Shown one piece after another: positions 1 to 24,300 of a stretch of DNA of 64,000 nt. The notes under the pieces were generated by a model. It was not told the DNA's origin, did not search any database, and worked only from the letters and a program-made list of their open reading frames with translations. The stretch lies in the NCBI GenBank assembly GCA_000388065.2, contig KB932204.1; one strand, 5' to 3'. This DNA comes from Fonticula alba ATCC 38817 (Eukaryota; Protista; Nucleariida). The position numbers were made by a program, and so were the translations under genes. Numbering within the stretch: position 1 is the stretch's first letter; each line of letters begins with the position of its first letter.

Positions 1-1
1 G

Positions 2-815
2 GGGCTCTTTTCGTGGATCTTCCGCGATCGGGCCACCAGCCGCGAGGGGCAAAATATCTCGGCCGATGGGATCATCGCCATGCGGCGCTTCGAGCAGTTC
101 TGCTCCGAGTCCTGGTGCCTGGAGATTCTGCTTTTTGTGCGCCAATGTGCGCGCTTCGAAAATTCCTACAACTCCTGGAGCAAGGTGCGTCGTCCCAGGG
201 CATGCGGCCTCGCGGGTGCCGGCTCCCCGGGGGGGGGGGGGGGGCTGTGCTCCGGCGAGGCCGGCCCGGCATTCGTTGGCCCGCGCGCCCCCCCCCCGGG
301 GGAGGGGGACAGGGTCCTGCTTCTCATGAGCCGATGTGTGTCCGGAAAACTGACTCGTCCCCCCCGCCCCGCCCCCCGGCCATGGTCGTGGCTCCTGCCC
401 CCGAATGGACGCCCCCGGCCGCGGGGAATGGCCGCGGTGGCCCGGCAGAAAACACGCCTGGTTGAGGCGGCCCAGATCATGTCCAAGTTCATCCGCGTCG
501 GGGCCACGCTCGAGATCAACCTCGAGCACCGGGTTCGCCGGTCGTTGTTGGATTTCTTCGCGGTGCTGTGCTCGCGAGCGGCGGTGTACAGCCCAAGCCC
601 GGGGGGTGCCACCGGGCCCGGGCCGACGGCCGTGGCGCCCGGCCCCGGGTCTCGGGTGTCCTGCTCGGCCCTGCTCACCGGGCCCGGCGCCAGCGCCAGC
701 AACACCCTGTCGGAGCTGCCGCCGCCGCCGCCAGCGGGGCCCGGCGGGGGCGATCTGGACGCCGGCGGGGGCTCCGGCCTGGAGCACACTTGTGTCACGG
801 AGCTCTCGTCCATCA

Positions 816-850
<35 letters not shown>

Positions 851-1186
851 CTCGGGGGGGGCACGCCTGCGCAAGCCGCCACGGTGGAGACCATTTCCCT
901 GGGCGAGATGTCGCGCCTGTTCGACCTGAAGTTCGTGCCTTCCAGCGGCCCGGGCAGCGCGGCCGGGCCGGCTCTCCGCGAGGACACGCTCCTGGTGGTG
1001 CCCTGCGTGCCGCGTTTTGTCTTCCACTTTGTCCACTTGGAGGCCATCAGCCAGCTGGACTTCAAGATGTGGCCCTGGCTCGAGAGCGAGTCCGGCCGGC
1101 CCTTCCAGCACCTGAGCGAGCACCATGCGGCCGGCGTGGCCATGGCTTCGTCATCGTCGTCGACCCGGGCCCCGGAGCACCCTTGA
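2..1186 (+). CDS. RGS (regulator of G-protein signalling) domain protein, C-terminal part; 5' end lies outside the window
   Basis: Frame open from base 2 to TGA 1184-1186. RGS-like segments: RFEQFCSESWCLEILLFVRQCARF, AAQIMSKFIRVGATLEINLEHRVR and FVFHFVHLEAISQLDFKMWPWL. Probable 264-nt in-frame intron 185-448 (aag|GTGCGT...CTGAC...cggCAG|). Confidence 0.75.
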
Positions 1187-2619
1187 TCGATCCCCGCGCC
1201 CGCGCCCCCCCTGGCCTCCCCCGTCTAGGGGCGCCTCGACGGGCTCAGCCCCAGGGGGGCGGGGGAGCGGGGAAGGCCCTCGCAAGTGGAATTCCCACCC
1301 CGGTGGGCGCGCGTGGCCCTGCCATGCGCACCTCGGCTGTGGAGACATATATGCCCTGGCAGGGGGCGGCTCCATGTCTCCCCATTTTTGCCTTTCGCTC
1401 TCTAAGTGTGTGTCGTTCACCGGGGCGACCTCCCCCCGCCCGCCCCTCCGATCGGCCTGGCCTCTCTTGCCTGTCCTCGGGCAGCCGGTTGGAGGCTGTC
1501 CCTGGTCGGGGCCGTGTACACTCCTTGTCGCTTTTTTTTTTGCCTCCGGCTGAGCTACCCGCTGGTTGTTCCCCGCATGTGCGCATATGTTGTGGCTGCC
1601 TGTGTGTCGCGCAGGTGGAAGGAATGGGGCCGGCCGCAATGTCTCTCGATCCCCGGATCCCCCTACAAAAAAGGAATAACGCCAACTTTTGGCACCTGGC
1701 GAAAGCTCCTGGCCAAAATATACAATAGACCCTGTCGCGTGCGAGTGTGTGTGTGGGGGGGGGGGGCAAGGGTCTCCCCTGCCGTCTGATGTGCTGTGCG
1801 CGCATCCCCTGGCCCCTTCGCGCGCGGTATACTCGGGCATGCCGCCTTTCCCCTTGTAGGAGGATGGCAGTCGAGCGGCGAGCGAAGCATGCATGGCAGG
1901 CCACCAAAACCCCGAGCGTCTGCCGGGCCTTTGGGCCTCACTCATGGGCGAGGGGGTGTCAGAAGGCCATGGCATCGGGCCTGCTTCGGGGACTCACATC
2001 GGCGGCATGGATAAGCAGGGACGGCGGGCGAGAGGGGCAGGGGGGGGGGGGCGGTCTCGGGGGAGGAGGGAGCGCCTGCGGGTCTGCCGGGTTTTCCCCG
2101 AGCCCGATCGAGTCCTCCTCAGGCACGGGCCCGACTCTCTTGCCCGATCGAAAGGGTCATCCTCAGGATGGGCAGCTACCCCGAGGGGCAAAACCGTGCC
2201 GGCCCGGTGGCCGGCATGGCATGCCCTTGCTCTCCAGGGGCATATGTGCAGGCGAGCTCTCCTCGTGGGCGTTTGCTGGCTCACCTTGCACGCCTCGCCC
2301 TGCCAGCGGCACTGCTCGCAGGCGGTATTTTGCCTCGCGAGCCTCCACGCCAGGCCGGCCCCCTCCGCCCATACGTCCGTCCATACACCCGCAGCCACAC
2401 CCGGCAGCCACACCGGCAGAGCCCACACGGCTCCCTTGCTGCTGGGGGGACGGCACCACGGCCCATGGGTGTCGGATGGGGTGTACGCCCTGCTCCTTGC
2501 AAAAAGCTATCTCTATTCTAAGATGAAGAAAAGGGGGATGAGAAGGTGTGCGAGACACACGACCACGCGCGCGTGTGGACACACACACACACACACACGC
2601 AAAATACAAGATCAGCAAG

Positions 2620-4353
2620 CTAATCTACTTCCTCCGCACTTGGCGGCGCGCATGCTGAGTCCCGGACAGTGAGGCCGGCCAAAGGCACGGGGATGGCCGG
2701 CGGCAAAGATGGCGGTGACCAGTCATGCGAGTATGGCTGGGCCACACGGCGGCCCGGGCCGAGGACCACCCAACCCGGGGGATACCATGGGCATGGCCAG
2801 CTGCCGGGTGGGGACGCCGGCTGCCCGGCCGGCCGTTGGGAGCCCGGCGCGGAGGGAAGAAGCCCCGTCGGGGGCGCTGGAGGCTGGCACGAAGCCGGCA
2901 TAGCATTGGGCGGGATGGCGGGGGGGGTTGGCCGCCACGTCTTGACCGATGGGCCGGCGGGCTGCAGGATCACATCCTGGCAGGGGTCCACCCTCCCCGG
3001 CGCCGGTGGGGGGAGGAGGAGGAGGAGCCCCTTGGGCACTGGGAGGACTGGGGCCGGGGGCTGGCACGCCGGGGCAGGAAGGTCCTCCTCAGGGGGGGGA
3101 GTGGCAGCGGGGAGGGACGTCGGCGAGAGCGGCGGCGACCACGGGCTCGGGGCCACCATGGGACGCTGGTGGGGCCAGGGCGAGGCAGGTGCCGGCCGGC
3201 AGGCCGCCTCCGGGGGCCGCCATGGCGCGATGCTCGCCGCGACCGCCATCGGGGGCTGCTGCGAGGGCGATGCCTTGGCACATCTCGAGGGTGCGTCAGA
3301 CTCCGGGCATGTCCGGGGGGCCGGCGGCGCCGGGGAGCGAGCCTCCGTCGCCGAGGGAGCCGGCTGCCGGGGGCCGGCCTGAGCCTTGCCGCCGGCGGGT
3401 GGCTCTGCGAGCGACGGGGACATCGGTGGCGACGATGGCAACCGGCCTGCTTGCCATTGCGGCGCCCCCCCCGACGACCCGGGCCCGCCGTGGCAGGGCC
3501 GGCGTCCGCCGGGCGGCGACGGCGGCAGGGCGGCCGGAGTGGGCGGCTGACATGTCGGCGGCCCTACCGGCCGCCCCTGCACCGCCAGACGGTCCGGGGT
3601 ATCCGGGCGATGGGGCGCCCGAGCCGGGGCCAGCCCAAGCAGGGGCGACAATGAAAGCGCCGGCTGCTGCATCTCCGCCGGCTCCATGGGGGGTGGCCCA
3701 CGCGCGAGGACGTCGACCGCCGGGGGGGGGCTTGCCGCCATGGGGTGCTCTGGCAGCAGGGAGGCCGCCGGCGGGGCCGCCATCGACGGGGGCACCGATG
3801 CTGGCGGCCGGTCGGCCACCAAGGCCCGGTCCAGCCGGGTGTCGCGCCCTGGCGAGTGTGGTCCGGCCGCCGCACGGGCCGACAGCAAGGACACTCGGTC
3901 GGCCACCATGCCGGGCGGCACCACCGTCAGCCGGGGTGTCGCCATGGCCATGGCCGAGCATGCTGCCGGGCGCCGGGGGCCAGGCGGGTCTGGCGGTCGC
4001 GGCGGGGGAGGCCCATCCGGCCGGCCGGCCGGGAGACAGGTAGACGGAGAGGCGGCCCGCCGCCGGGGGGGGGGCGCCACATCGCGTGCGGCCACCGGGC
4101 GAAGTGTCGACCGGCAGGGCGGCAAGGGCCATGGAGCCGGGGGAGGCGGCCGCGCTGACGAGGGGACGGGCTGTGCGCGACGGGGGCTGTGCCGGCCGGG
4201 CACCGGGGGGAGGGCTGACAACCGGGTGGCCGGTGCTGCCGGTCGGGCCCCGGCCGCCGGGGCGGCGACGGTCGCCCATGGGACAGCCGTCGCCGGTGCC
4301 CCGGGAAAGCGACAAGGAGACTTGTCGGAGGGATCATCGCGCGCCCGCCCGAG
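2620..4353 (-). CDS. 577-codon Pro/Ala-rich open frame continuing in frame after the TGA of the upstream giant gene (readthrough extension, spliced extension or separate gene)
   Basis: Same frame as ORF 4354..8592 (both coordinates are 1 mod 3). Manual translation of 4353-4222 has no stop (LGRARDDPSDKSPCRFPGAPATAVPW...) and joins ORF 2620..4221. GC-rich third positions. UTR-like sequence with (TG)n starts only after the stop at 2620. Confidence 0.55.
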   Translation of the reverse strand, partial: LGRARDDPSDKSPCRFPGAPATAVPWATVAAPAAGARPAAPATRLSALPPVPGRHSPRRAQPVPSSARPPPPAPWPLPPCRSTLRPVAARDVAPPPRRRAASPSTCLPAGRPDGPPPPRPPDPPGPRRPAACSAMAMATPRLTVVPPGMVADRVSLLSARAAAGPHSPGRDTRLDRALVADRPPASVPPSMAAPPAASLLPEHPMAASPPPAVDVLARGPPPMEPAEMQQPALSLSPLLGLAPARAPHRPDTPDRLAVQGRPVGPPTCQPPTPAALPPSPPGGRRPCHGGPGSSGGAPQWQAGRLPSSPPMSPSLAEPPAGGKAQAGPRQPAPSATEARSPAPPAPRTCPESDAPSRCAKASPSQQPPMAVAASIAPWRPPEAACRPAPASPWPHQRPMVAPSPWSPPLSPTSLPAATPPPEEDLPAPACQPPAPVLPVPKGLLLLLPPPAPGRVDPCQDVILQPAGPSVKTWRPTPPAIPPNAMPASCQPPAPPTGLLPSAPGSQRPAGQPASPPGSWPCPWYPPGWVVLGPGRRVAQPYSHDWSPPSLPPAIPVPLAGLTVRDSACAPPSAEEVD

Positions 4354-15527
<11,174 letters not shown>

Positions 15528-18338
15528 GGCGCCTTGCGCCGGGCGGCCGGAGTCCGGCAGGCCTGCTGCGCTACTGCGGGGCGATGGGCGAGCGCGGGAC
15601 GTTGCGGAACACCGGCCTTCAACCCGAACACCGGATGCGAGAAGGGGTGCTGTGTTTCGGCCGAGGGCGGAGGCGGGGAGGCGGGGAGGGGGGGGGGGGA
15701 GGGATGGCGTGCGTGCCAGTCGGTGTGCATGCCCGCATGGGCGCATGTGGTCGTGTGTGCGTGTCAGCGTAGATGGGCGATGGGGAGGCATATCGCGGGG
15801 CCGGGGGAGGCGGCGGCGTTCGCAGGGAGAGTTAGAAGGCCGTGTCTACGTGGGGAAGGGGCCCGGGGCCGGGGAGCAGGCCGGACGGCAGCAAGGGAAG
15901 ACCGAGGGCCAGGGCCGCGAGGGAGAACACATGGGCAACACGCACAGGGCTGAAAGACACCTTGGAGGGAGGGGGCAGGGCACGGGGGAGCCGGGCTGCG
16001 CTCTGGGCGACGATGTGCCGGAGAGTGGTGTGGCGAGAGGCCAAGCGAGGAGGCGCCGCCCCGGCGAGAGGAAGGCAGCAAGGNNNNNNNNNNNNNNNNN
16101 NNNNNNNNNNNNNNNNGGGCTGCGCTCTGGGCGACGATGTGCCGGAGAGTGGTGTGGCGAGAGGCCAAGCGAGGAGGCGCCGCCCCGGCGAGAGGAAGGC
16201 AGAAAGGGAGGCGAACGGGCGCAGGACACGCGAGGGATCCCAACTTGGGTCAAACGAGACTCGGGGCAGGGAGAAGGGGTGGACAGAGGGCAGGAGGGAT
16301 TGGTGTCGAACGGCCCTGGGCGGTTGGAAGTGACGTCCGTTTTTTCAGCCCAGGGTGCCCGCCTCGTCGGCCGCGGGACCGCGCGCGGTGGCGGGCCGGC
16401 GCGCGGGCCGGCGGCGAGGGCCTGCGCACGCCATGGCCGGGGCCGATCCCCCGGACGCTTGGACGGCAGGCGGCTCGGGCCGCCGGCCGAGGGGGGCCCC
16501 TCCGAGGCCAGGCCCATCGCGCGGCGCGGCGCGCCAACCGGGCCAATAACACGCCCCCGACCAGGGGCAAGTTGGCGGTGCCACCGGCGGCTCGCTTGGC
16601 AAGCGGCCCGATGCTAATGCGCGCCCGGAGCCCGAGGGCGACGGCAGGGCAAAGGGTGGGAATCGGCAACGGCCACACCGGCTTCGGACTTTTGTGAAGT
16701 GGCAGGCAGGAGGCGCCCTCCTCCGGCAGTGTGGCCCTTTTCGGGCAGCCGGCTCGTCGACATAGCCTCCCTCCGCCGGGGGGCCGCCGGTCCCGCGCCA
16801 CCGCAGCCTCCCGGCCCCTCGCCGAGTCCCGGCCGGTCCCCCGCCCAGCCCCTCGCCGCCGGCGCGACGGCCCGGCACCTTCCCATGCGACCAAACCCGC
16901 GAGCGGATAGCCTGCAAAACGATGGGCGGATTTCTCGCGCCGGCATTCGGCTCGAGCTACCCCTCCCCCCTGCTGATGGCTCGCCCCCATACGCCGGCGA
17001 GGGCCTCGCGCGGGGCGTCGACCCCTCGGGTGGATACCCGGCCCGCCGCCGGCAGCGCGCCCCATGCCGGGCCCCATGCCCCCTCGGGCCCGGGCGAAGG
17101 CGGCAACACTGGGACCAGGAAGGGGGGGGGGGGGGGGCCATGCCGAAGCCAGCCCCGCACTGCCCCGCACTTCGCGGCGCCTCGAGCGGCCCGCCTCCTC
17201 TCGCGGGCAGAACGCCGCGCAATACCCGCAGCCGCGCGGGCCGGCGCCGGCGCTCCGAGCACCGGCACCTCGGCCGGGCCCCACCAGGGTTAACACCGAC
17301 CAACGAGATCCCGCCCGCGAGGCGGGCCGGGGGGGGCGGGGGGGGGGCGTGGGGGGGCCGACGCGAGGCAGGCCTTTTCGGTGCCGGAGGGCATGGGCCC
17401 GGTGGGCAACTGTGCCCTCGGCGCATGGAGACCCCGGGGGATCGGTCCACCTCCCACTCTCCCGGCGCCCCCTGCGCCTCGGCCCAGGCGCAAAAGCAAC
17501 CCGCCGGGCCGGGCGCCCCGGGGATTGTGGGCACCGGGCGGGCAAAAGCCCGCACCCAACACGCACTCCGTTAAGCCCTCAACTAGGAACACCATTCCGC
17601 ACGGCGGGGGCGTGATTCGGCGGCCTGATCGCCGCGGGACCCGGCGCATGGGCGGTTATGCGCCATCGGACCGAATGCCAACGATGCGGCGCCCGCCCTC
17701 CCGGCTCGTCTCCGCGACTAGCGCGGGGCCGCTTTGTCCCGGGGCCTGCGCGCGCGCCGGAGCGCGCGCCCGTGTGCGCACACGCGAGAACATGCGCCCC
17801 CGGGCCTCTTCCTGACTGGGCCGGCGCAACGGGCACGTCTGGGGGGNNNNNNNNNNTGACTGGGCCGGCGCAACGGGCACGTCTGGGGGGGGGCGGGGCG
17901 GGGGGGGGGGGGGGGGGAGGACCACACGCGGGCAGCGGCACCCCGGGGGTTCTCACCCTCCCGGAAGAGCGGAGGGAGCTCCTGTTCGCGCGCGCGCGCG
18001 CGCGCGCGCCCACGCCCACGCCCAAGCGACAACCCCCATGTGCCGAGGTGCTGGCGGGAGGGAGGGCCCAACCGCCCTCCCGTCTGAAGAGCGAGACCAG
18101 CGTGTCTCCTCGCCAACTTCAGCGGCCTGCACCTTCGCCCCAGACCTCCCCCCTCGCCGCCCCCTCCCCCCCCCCCTTGCGCTCTGCCCTCCGAACCGCC
18201 TCCCCCCCCTCCCTCGGCCTCTCCTTCTTCCTTTCCTCTCTCCCTCCCCCCGCCCCTCTCCCTCTTTTACACCTCCCGTGCGCTGGGATCCGTAGTCGAG
18301 CAGCCGCCCACAGGTCGGCGAGACCCACCCCCCCTGCC

Positions 18339-21300
18339 ATGTCTTCCGTGCGCCACGCGGCTCTGCCCTTTGTCCCCGCACATTGCCCCTCCTTCTGCGT
18401 CGGGCCTTCGGCTTTGGCGGTGTCTCCCCCTGCTGACCACCTACCCCTCCCTCCCTCCTCTTCTTTGTCGCCCCCTTCGGCCGGTGATGCCACAGGACCT
18501 CCACGCCACGGCCGAGGGTGCCGCACACTTCCACGCGCTGCGCCATGCCTCGGACTTGATCAACCGCACCATTGCCGAGGACTCATGCGCCACGGAGATT
18601 TGCGACATCTCGCTCAAGTGTGCGTGGGCCACCGGGCGCACTTGCCTCCCCCTCGTCGCCCCTTTCTCGCGCTCCTCTCCTCCCCCCCCCCCCCNNNNNN
18701 NNNNNNNNNNNNNNNNNNNNNNNNNNNNNNNNNNNNNNNNNNNNNNNNNNNNNNNNNNNNNNNNNNNNNNNNNNNNNNNNNNNNNNNNNNNNNNNNNNNN
18801 NNNNNNNNNNNNNNNNNNNNNNNNNNNNNNNNNNNNNNNNNNNNNNNNNNNNNNNNNNNNNNNNNNNNNNNNNNNNNNNNNNNNNNNNNNNNNNNNNNNN
18901 NNNNNNNNNNNNNNNNNNNNNNNNNNNNNNNNNNNNNNNNNNNNNNNNNNNNNNNNNNNNNNNNNNNNNNNNNNNNNNNNNNNNNNNNNNNNNNNNNNNN
19001 NNNNNNNNNNNNNNNNNNNNNNNNNNNNNNNNNNNNNNNNNNNNNNNNNNNNNNNNNNNNNNNNNNNNNNNNNNNNNNNNNNNNNNNNNNNNNNNNNNNN
19101 NNNNNNNNNNNNNNNNNNNNNNNNNNNNNNNNNNNNNNNNNNNNNNNNNNNNNNNNNNNNNNNNNNNNNNNNNNNNNNNNNNNNNNNNNNNNNNNNNNNN
19201 NNNNNNNNNNNNNNNNNNNNNNNNNNNNNNNNNNNNNNNNNNNNNNNNNNNNNNNNNNNNNNNNNNNNNNNNNNNNNNNNNNNNNNNNNNNNNNNNNNNN
19301 NNNNNNNNNNNNNNNNNNNNNNNNNNNNNNNNNNNNNNNNNNNNNNNNNNNNNNNNNNNNNNNNNNNNNNNNNNNNNNNNNNNNNNNNNNNNNNNNNNNN
19401 NNNNNNNNNNNNNNNNNNNNNNNNNNNNNNNNNNNNNNNNNNNNNNNNNNNNNNNNNNNNNNNNNNNNNNNNNNNNNNNNNNNNNNNNNNNNNNNNNNNN
19501 NNNNNNNNNNNNNNNNNNNNNNNNNNNNNNNNNNNNNNNNNNNNNNNNNNNNNNNNNNNNNNNNNNNNNNNNNNNNNNNNNNNNNNNNNNNNNNNNNNNN
19601 NNNNNNNNNNNNNNNNNNNNNNNNNNNNNNNNNNNNNNNNNNNNNNNNNCCCCCCCCCACCCCCCTCGGCGTATTTCTGCGTGCTTGCCTGTCTGCGTGA
19701 CGGCACGACACAGTGCGGCTTCGAGGCCTCCACCGATGGCGTGCACATGGTGGACATCGTCGGCACCAAGAACGGCCGTGTCTTCCTGGCCGGGCGCGAT
19801 GGCCACCTGCACGAGCTTGTGTACCAGCCGGAGGGCTGGCTCCGCAATCGGTGCTACCTGATCAACTGGACGCGCGGCCCGCTGGCGCCTTTCATTCCGG
19901 CTTTCCTCAAGCTCCATCGCGAGGGTATGCCAGCCTCTTTCATGGCCTTCCTGGCTTCGGCCCCGGCGGCGGGAGCCCCTTTTTGGTCCTTGCAGCCTGC
20001 TTACCCCGCCCCCCATGTCTTCTCCCCCTGCCGTGTCTTCCCCCCCCCCCCCCTCCCCCCGATCGATGCCCTCCAGATCAACTGGTCTCGGTGACGGTTG
20101 ACGATGCCAGCCAAACCCTCTACACCCTCTCCGAGTCGTCGGTCATCAATGCCTATCGTCTGTCTGGCGCCGGGCCGGCCACCCACTCGGCCCTGGGGGC
20201 CATGCTGGCCGCGGATCAGGGTCTCTCGCTGGCGGTGTCCTGCTCGCACCTGGTCAAGGCGGCCCTCCAGCAGGCGCCAGCCGACCTGCTCCTGGATGCG
20301 TATGTGTCTGCTGCCTGGCCCCCGGGCGGGCGATCTCCCCCGTCTTCCTTCCCCTTTTCCCATCCCCTCCCCGGGCAAGATCCCGGTGGGCCCCTGCCGC
20401 TCCGTGCCCCCGCATTAACACCTTGCCCGCCTCCCACCGGCCTCCTGTGCCCCAGCTCCATGATGCGCGTCGTGTCGCTGAAGCCCATCAAGGCGTCGGA
20501 GTCGTCGCGCGTCCGCCTGGTCGCCGTGACCGCCATCGGCGCTCGCGTCTATCTGGACCAGAACCTGTCGATCCTGTCGGTGCGGATGCCCCCTCGCGAG
20601 ACGGCCGCCACGGGTGGCTTTGGTCTTGGTGGGCCGGCCTTGGCCGCGAATGCGGCCGCCAGCGGCCCGGCGCGCGTGCACACCGTCTGCCTGCACAATG
20701 GCGTCACCCTCATGGCCAGCACGCAAAGCGACGATGTGGACATGCTGACGATGTTTGCGCCGGACCAGCGTGGGTCCGGGCCGCGTGCGGCCGGTGGCGC
20801 CGGCACCTCGGCCTATGTCGAGCAGCTGGCGCGGCTCCCGGTGTCCGGCAAGATCTGGGCGCTGGACGAGTCGCCGGCCGCCACGTCGGACTTCGGGGCC
20901 ATCCCCGACTCGGCCATCAGCGAGCTGGTGTCGCAGTATTACCAGGCCCCGCGGGAATTCCTCTGCCTCACCAGCGCCGGGATTCACGAGCTGGTCAAGC
21001 TCCGGCCGATTGACCTCCTGCGCCGGCTGCTCATTGCCTCGGGGCTGAACATCACCGGGGCGCTGCTGCAGTTCTTCAAGAGGTATACTGCTGCTTGTGG
21101 GGTTCATCCTTTTGCTTGTTGTCGCTATGTGTTTGTGCCTGCATCTAACCCTCCATCCCTGTGTTCCCCCGGCTCTCTCTCTCTCTCTCTCTCTCTTCCT
21201 CCCCATCGCTTCCGCTCGCCCCGTTGGCGCAGCTTCACTCGAGATGAGGCATGCTGCATGTGCCTGGCTCTGATTTGCTCTGAAACCCCCTCCGGGTGCG

Positions 21301-24300
21301 TGCCTGCCTTGTTCCCTCCGCCCCGCACATTCCCGCCCTCGCGCTTGCGCCTTCCCCCCTTTGGCAACCCGGGTGTCCTGACCGGCCTCCCTGTGTTCTT
21401 CCTGTCCCCTTTTTTGCCCGATGGTCGCCCGATCGCCCGGCAGCTCGAATGAGACCCTTGTCGCCGCGGCGCGCCAGGCCCTCTTCCACTTCGGCAGCAC
21501 GCAGCAGTTCACCGCCCAGGAGGTGGTGCAGCAGCCGGCCGGGCTGGAATTTGGCCGTCTGGTTGTCACTCCGGAGGCTGCCTTCTCGGGGGTCCACAAT
21601 GCCGTGGTCATGTACGCGTCGCGCCTGGTCCGGTCCCTGTGGCGGGTGCCGCTCGCCTCGTTGGCCTCTTCGAACACGGACCTCACGGCCGAGAGCGGCC
21701 CCATCCGGCTGAGCCAGCTGTCGGCCCGCCTTGGCACTCTGCTGCAATTCATCCGCACCATTCGCGTGCCGGATGCCCCGTCCGAGTCGCAGTCGCTGGC
21801 CGCGGTGCAGGCCTTCCTCGGGGAGACCCTGCAGGCCATCGACTTCCTGCTCTTCCTGATCGACAACTATTCGTACTTGACGAGTGCCGATGTCATGAAG
21901 GAGCTGGTCGGATCGACCCAGTGCGTGTTTGTCTGTTTGCTCCCTTTGGTGGGCCCCCGAGGGGGGGGGGAGATTGGCTGGACTCCCGCTCTTCTTTTTT
22001 TTTCTTGCCCCCGCTTGTGGCATGCCTTGGCCCGGCCGGCACCCCTGCCAGTCGATGACACTGACCACAAGTGCCGCCCATGCTGCCTGCTGCCGTGCCC
22101 CACCCGGCAGGACCGTGGGCTTCGAGTCCGGCGGGCTGGGCATCACCCTGGAAGCGCTGATGACCACCGGGTCCGGCCGCCAGGTGGGCCGTCTCCTGAT
22201 GTCGGCCATCCTGCGCACGCAGATCGAGGCCGGTGCCTCGGTGGATGCGCTGCTGCTGACCCTGCGCGATCGGGCGCCGGCCTTCTTCGACGCCGATGAC
22301 GCCACCCTCCACCGTGCGGATGGGCTCCTGCGCCGGGCGCGCGACGCGCCCACCTTGCAGGAGCGCCTGCGCCTGCTGGCCGAAGCCACCGCGCACTTCA
22401 CCTCGGTGGCCGCCACCCTGTCGGTGGCCACCTTGACGCGCATTTCCTCGGAACTTTGCCAGCAGCATGCGCACATGGCTGCCCTGGCGCTGGCCCTGCG
22501 CTGCGCTGCGCTGGTCCCCGTGGGCCCGGAACTGGCGGCCGCCCTTTTGGCCGCGTCGGCCGGCAACCCGGCCGGCGGGGCCCCGGTGACCGCATCGGCC
22601 TCGGCCACGTCGTCGAGCATGGCCGGCGGCGTGAGCTCGGCCCTCATCGGTCCCGGCGCCAGCGAGCAGGTTCCCCCCGCGCGCATGGGCTTCTATCGCC
22701 TGGCCTTCTCCGTGCTGCGTGATGCGCAGCTCCTCTTCCAGCAGAAGCAGGAGGCCAACACCGGGGCCTCGGCCGCCGGGGGGTCGGCCCTGTCCGGGTC
22801 CACATCTGCCGCCGCCGTGGGGGCCCTCCTGGAGGAGACCTTCGCCGCGGCCTTCGCCTCGGCGGATCCCATCTTCCACGCGCTGCTGTACAGCGAGCTC
22901 CTGCACAGCCGGTCTCCTGGCGATCTGGCCCGGCTGCTGGACGCCCGGACCCCCTTCGTGGAGGGATTCCTCCGGGCGGCCGTCGAGCTGGACCTGAGCC
23001 AGGGCCTGCCGGAGGACGCGCTGACCACCATGAGCCGGGCACTGGCCTTTGCCCCGGCGGGCGGCCCCGCGCCCGGCGGCCCGGCCGGCGCCGATATCGA
23101 CCAGTCCCGTCACCGGAATCTCCTTTGGCGCTACCACATCCGCCATGGGCAGTTCCTGGTGGCCGCGCATGAGCTCTACCGCCTGGCCAGCACCGATAGC
23201 GAGTGCGTTCTCTCCTCGTGGGGGTCTTCCTCGGGGTTGCCTTTGTTGGGGTTTTTTTTTTTTTCCCTCCCCTTCTCTCGTTGCCTCCCTCTCGACTTAT
23301 CCCCCTCCCCCCCCCCCCCCCCCCCCCCCCCCCACAGCCCCACTCTCGACCTGGACAGCCGCATTGCCTACCTGTCGCGCGCGGCCGCCTGCGTTCGGTC
23401 CAAGACCTCGGCCCCCTCGGCCGGGGACCTGATCCAGCAGCTGGACGACGCGCTGGAGGTGGCCAACGCCCAGCGCCAGCTCCTTCTGGAGGTTTGGCGC
23501 CTGGCCTCCTCGCCGGAGGGCGTCTCCTCTTCCGGGGCCCGGCCCGGTGCCTCGGCGGCGGCCGGCGCCGCTCGTGGCCACAACCCGGACTTGGTGCTGG
23601 CCTCGCTGGACCGCCTCAGCGGCCTGAGTGGCCTGCTGACCCTCGAGGAGATGTTCAATGAGATTGCCGTGCCGCTGAAGCTCTACGAGATGGTGCTGAT
23701 CCTGCTGAAGCTCAGTGGGACCTCCTCGCCGAGCATGGTCGACCAGACGTGGACGTACCTGCTGCTGCTGCACCGGGGGACCCCGCTGCCGGCGCTGGCC
23801 GAGCGCCTGGTGGTCCTGGGCCGGCAGCTGTTCCCTTCGGACCGAGTGCTGCCGGTGCCGCTGCTGGTGGCCAAGCTGGAACGCTTCCTGCTCGAGCGCC
23901 CGGATGCGGCGGCCTCCAGTGTCGCGGCCTTCTCGATGGAGCCGTCGCCCTTGGTTCCGGCCGGGCTGCCGCGCACCTGGCCGGTGGAGGTCCTCCTCCG
24001 TGTGGGGGTCCCCTCGTCGGCCCTCTTTGCGGCGTACTACCACCTGCTGGTGGAGACGACCACCGCGTCGCAGTGGGCCGCCGCGCTGTCCGGGGCCACC
24101 AGCGGCACCAAGACAGCCGGCGGCGCTCCTGCCTCCGCCTCCACCGGTGGCATCCCGGCCCCGGTGAATGTGGCTCCGGCCTCGACCGCCCCGGCGCTCC
24201 ATGGCCTTTCCCCGACCGAGCTTCACACGCGTGCCCTCCTGCAGCTGGCGGCTTCGCTGCTGCATGTGGTTGACCACTGGCGCCAGCCACGGCTGGCGGC

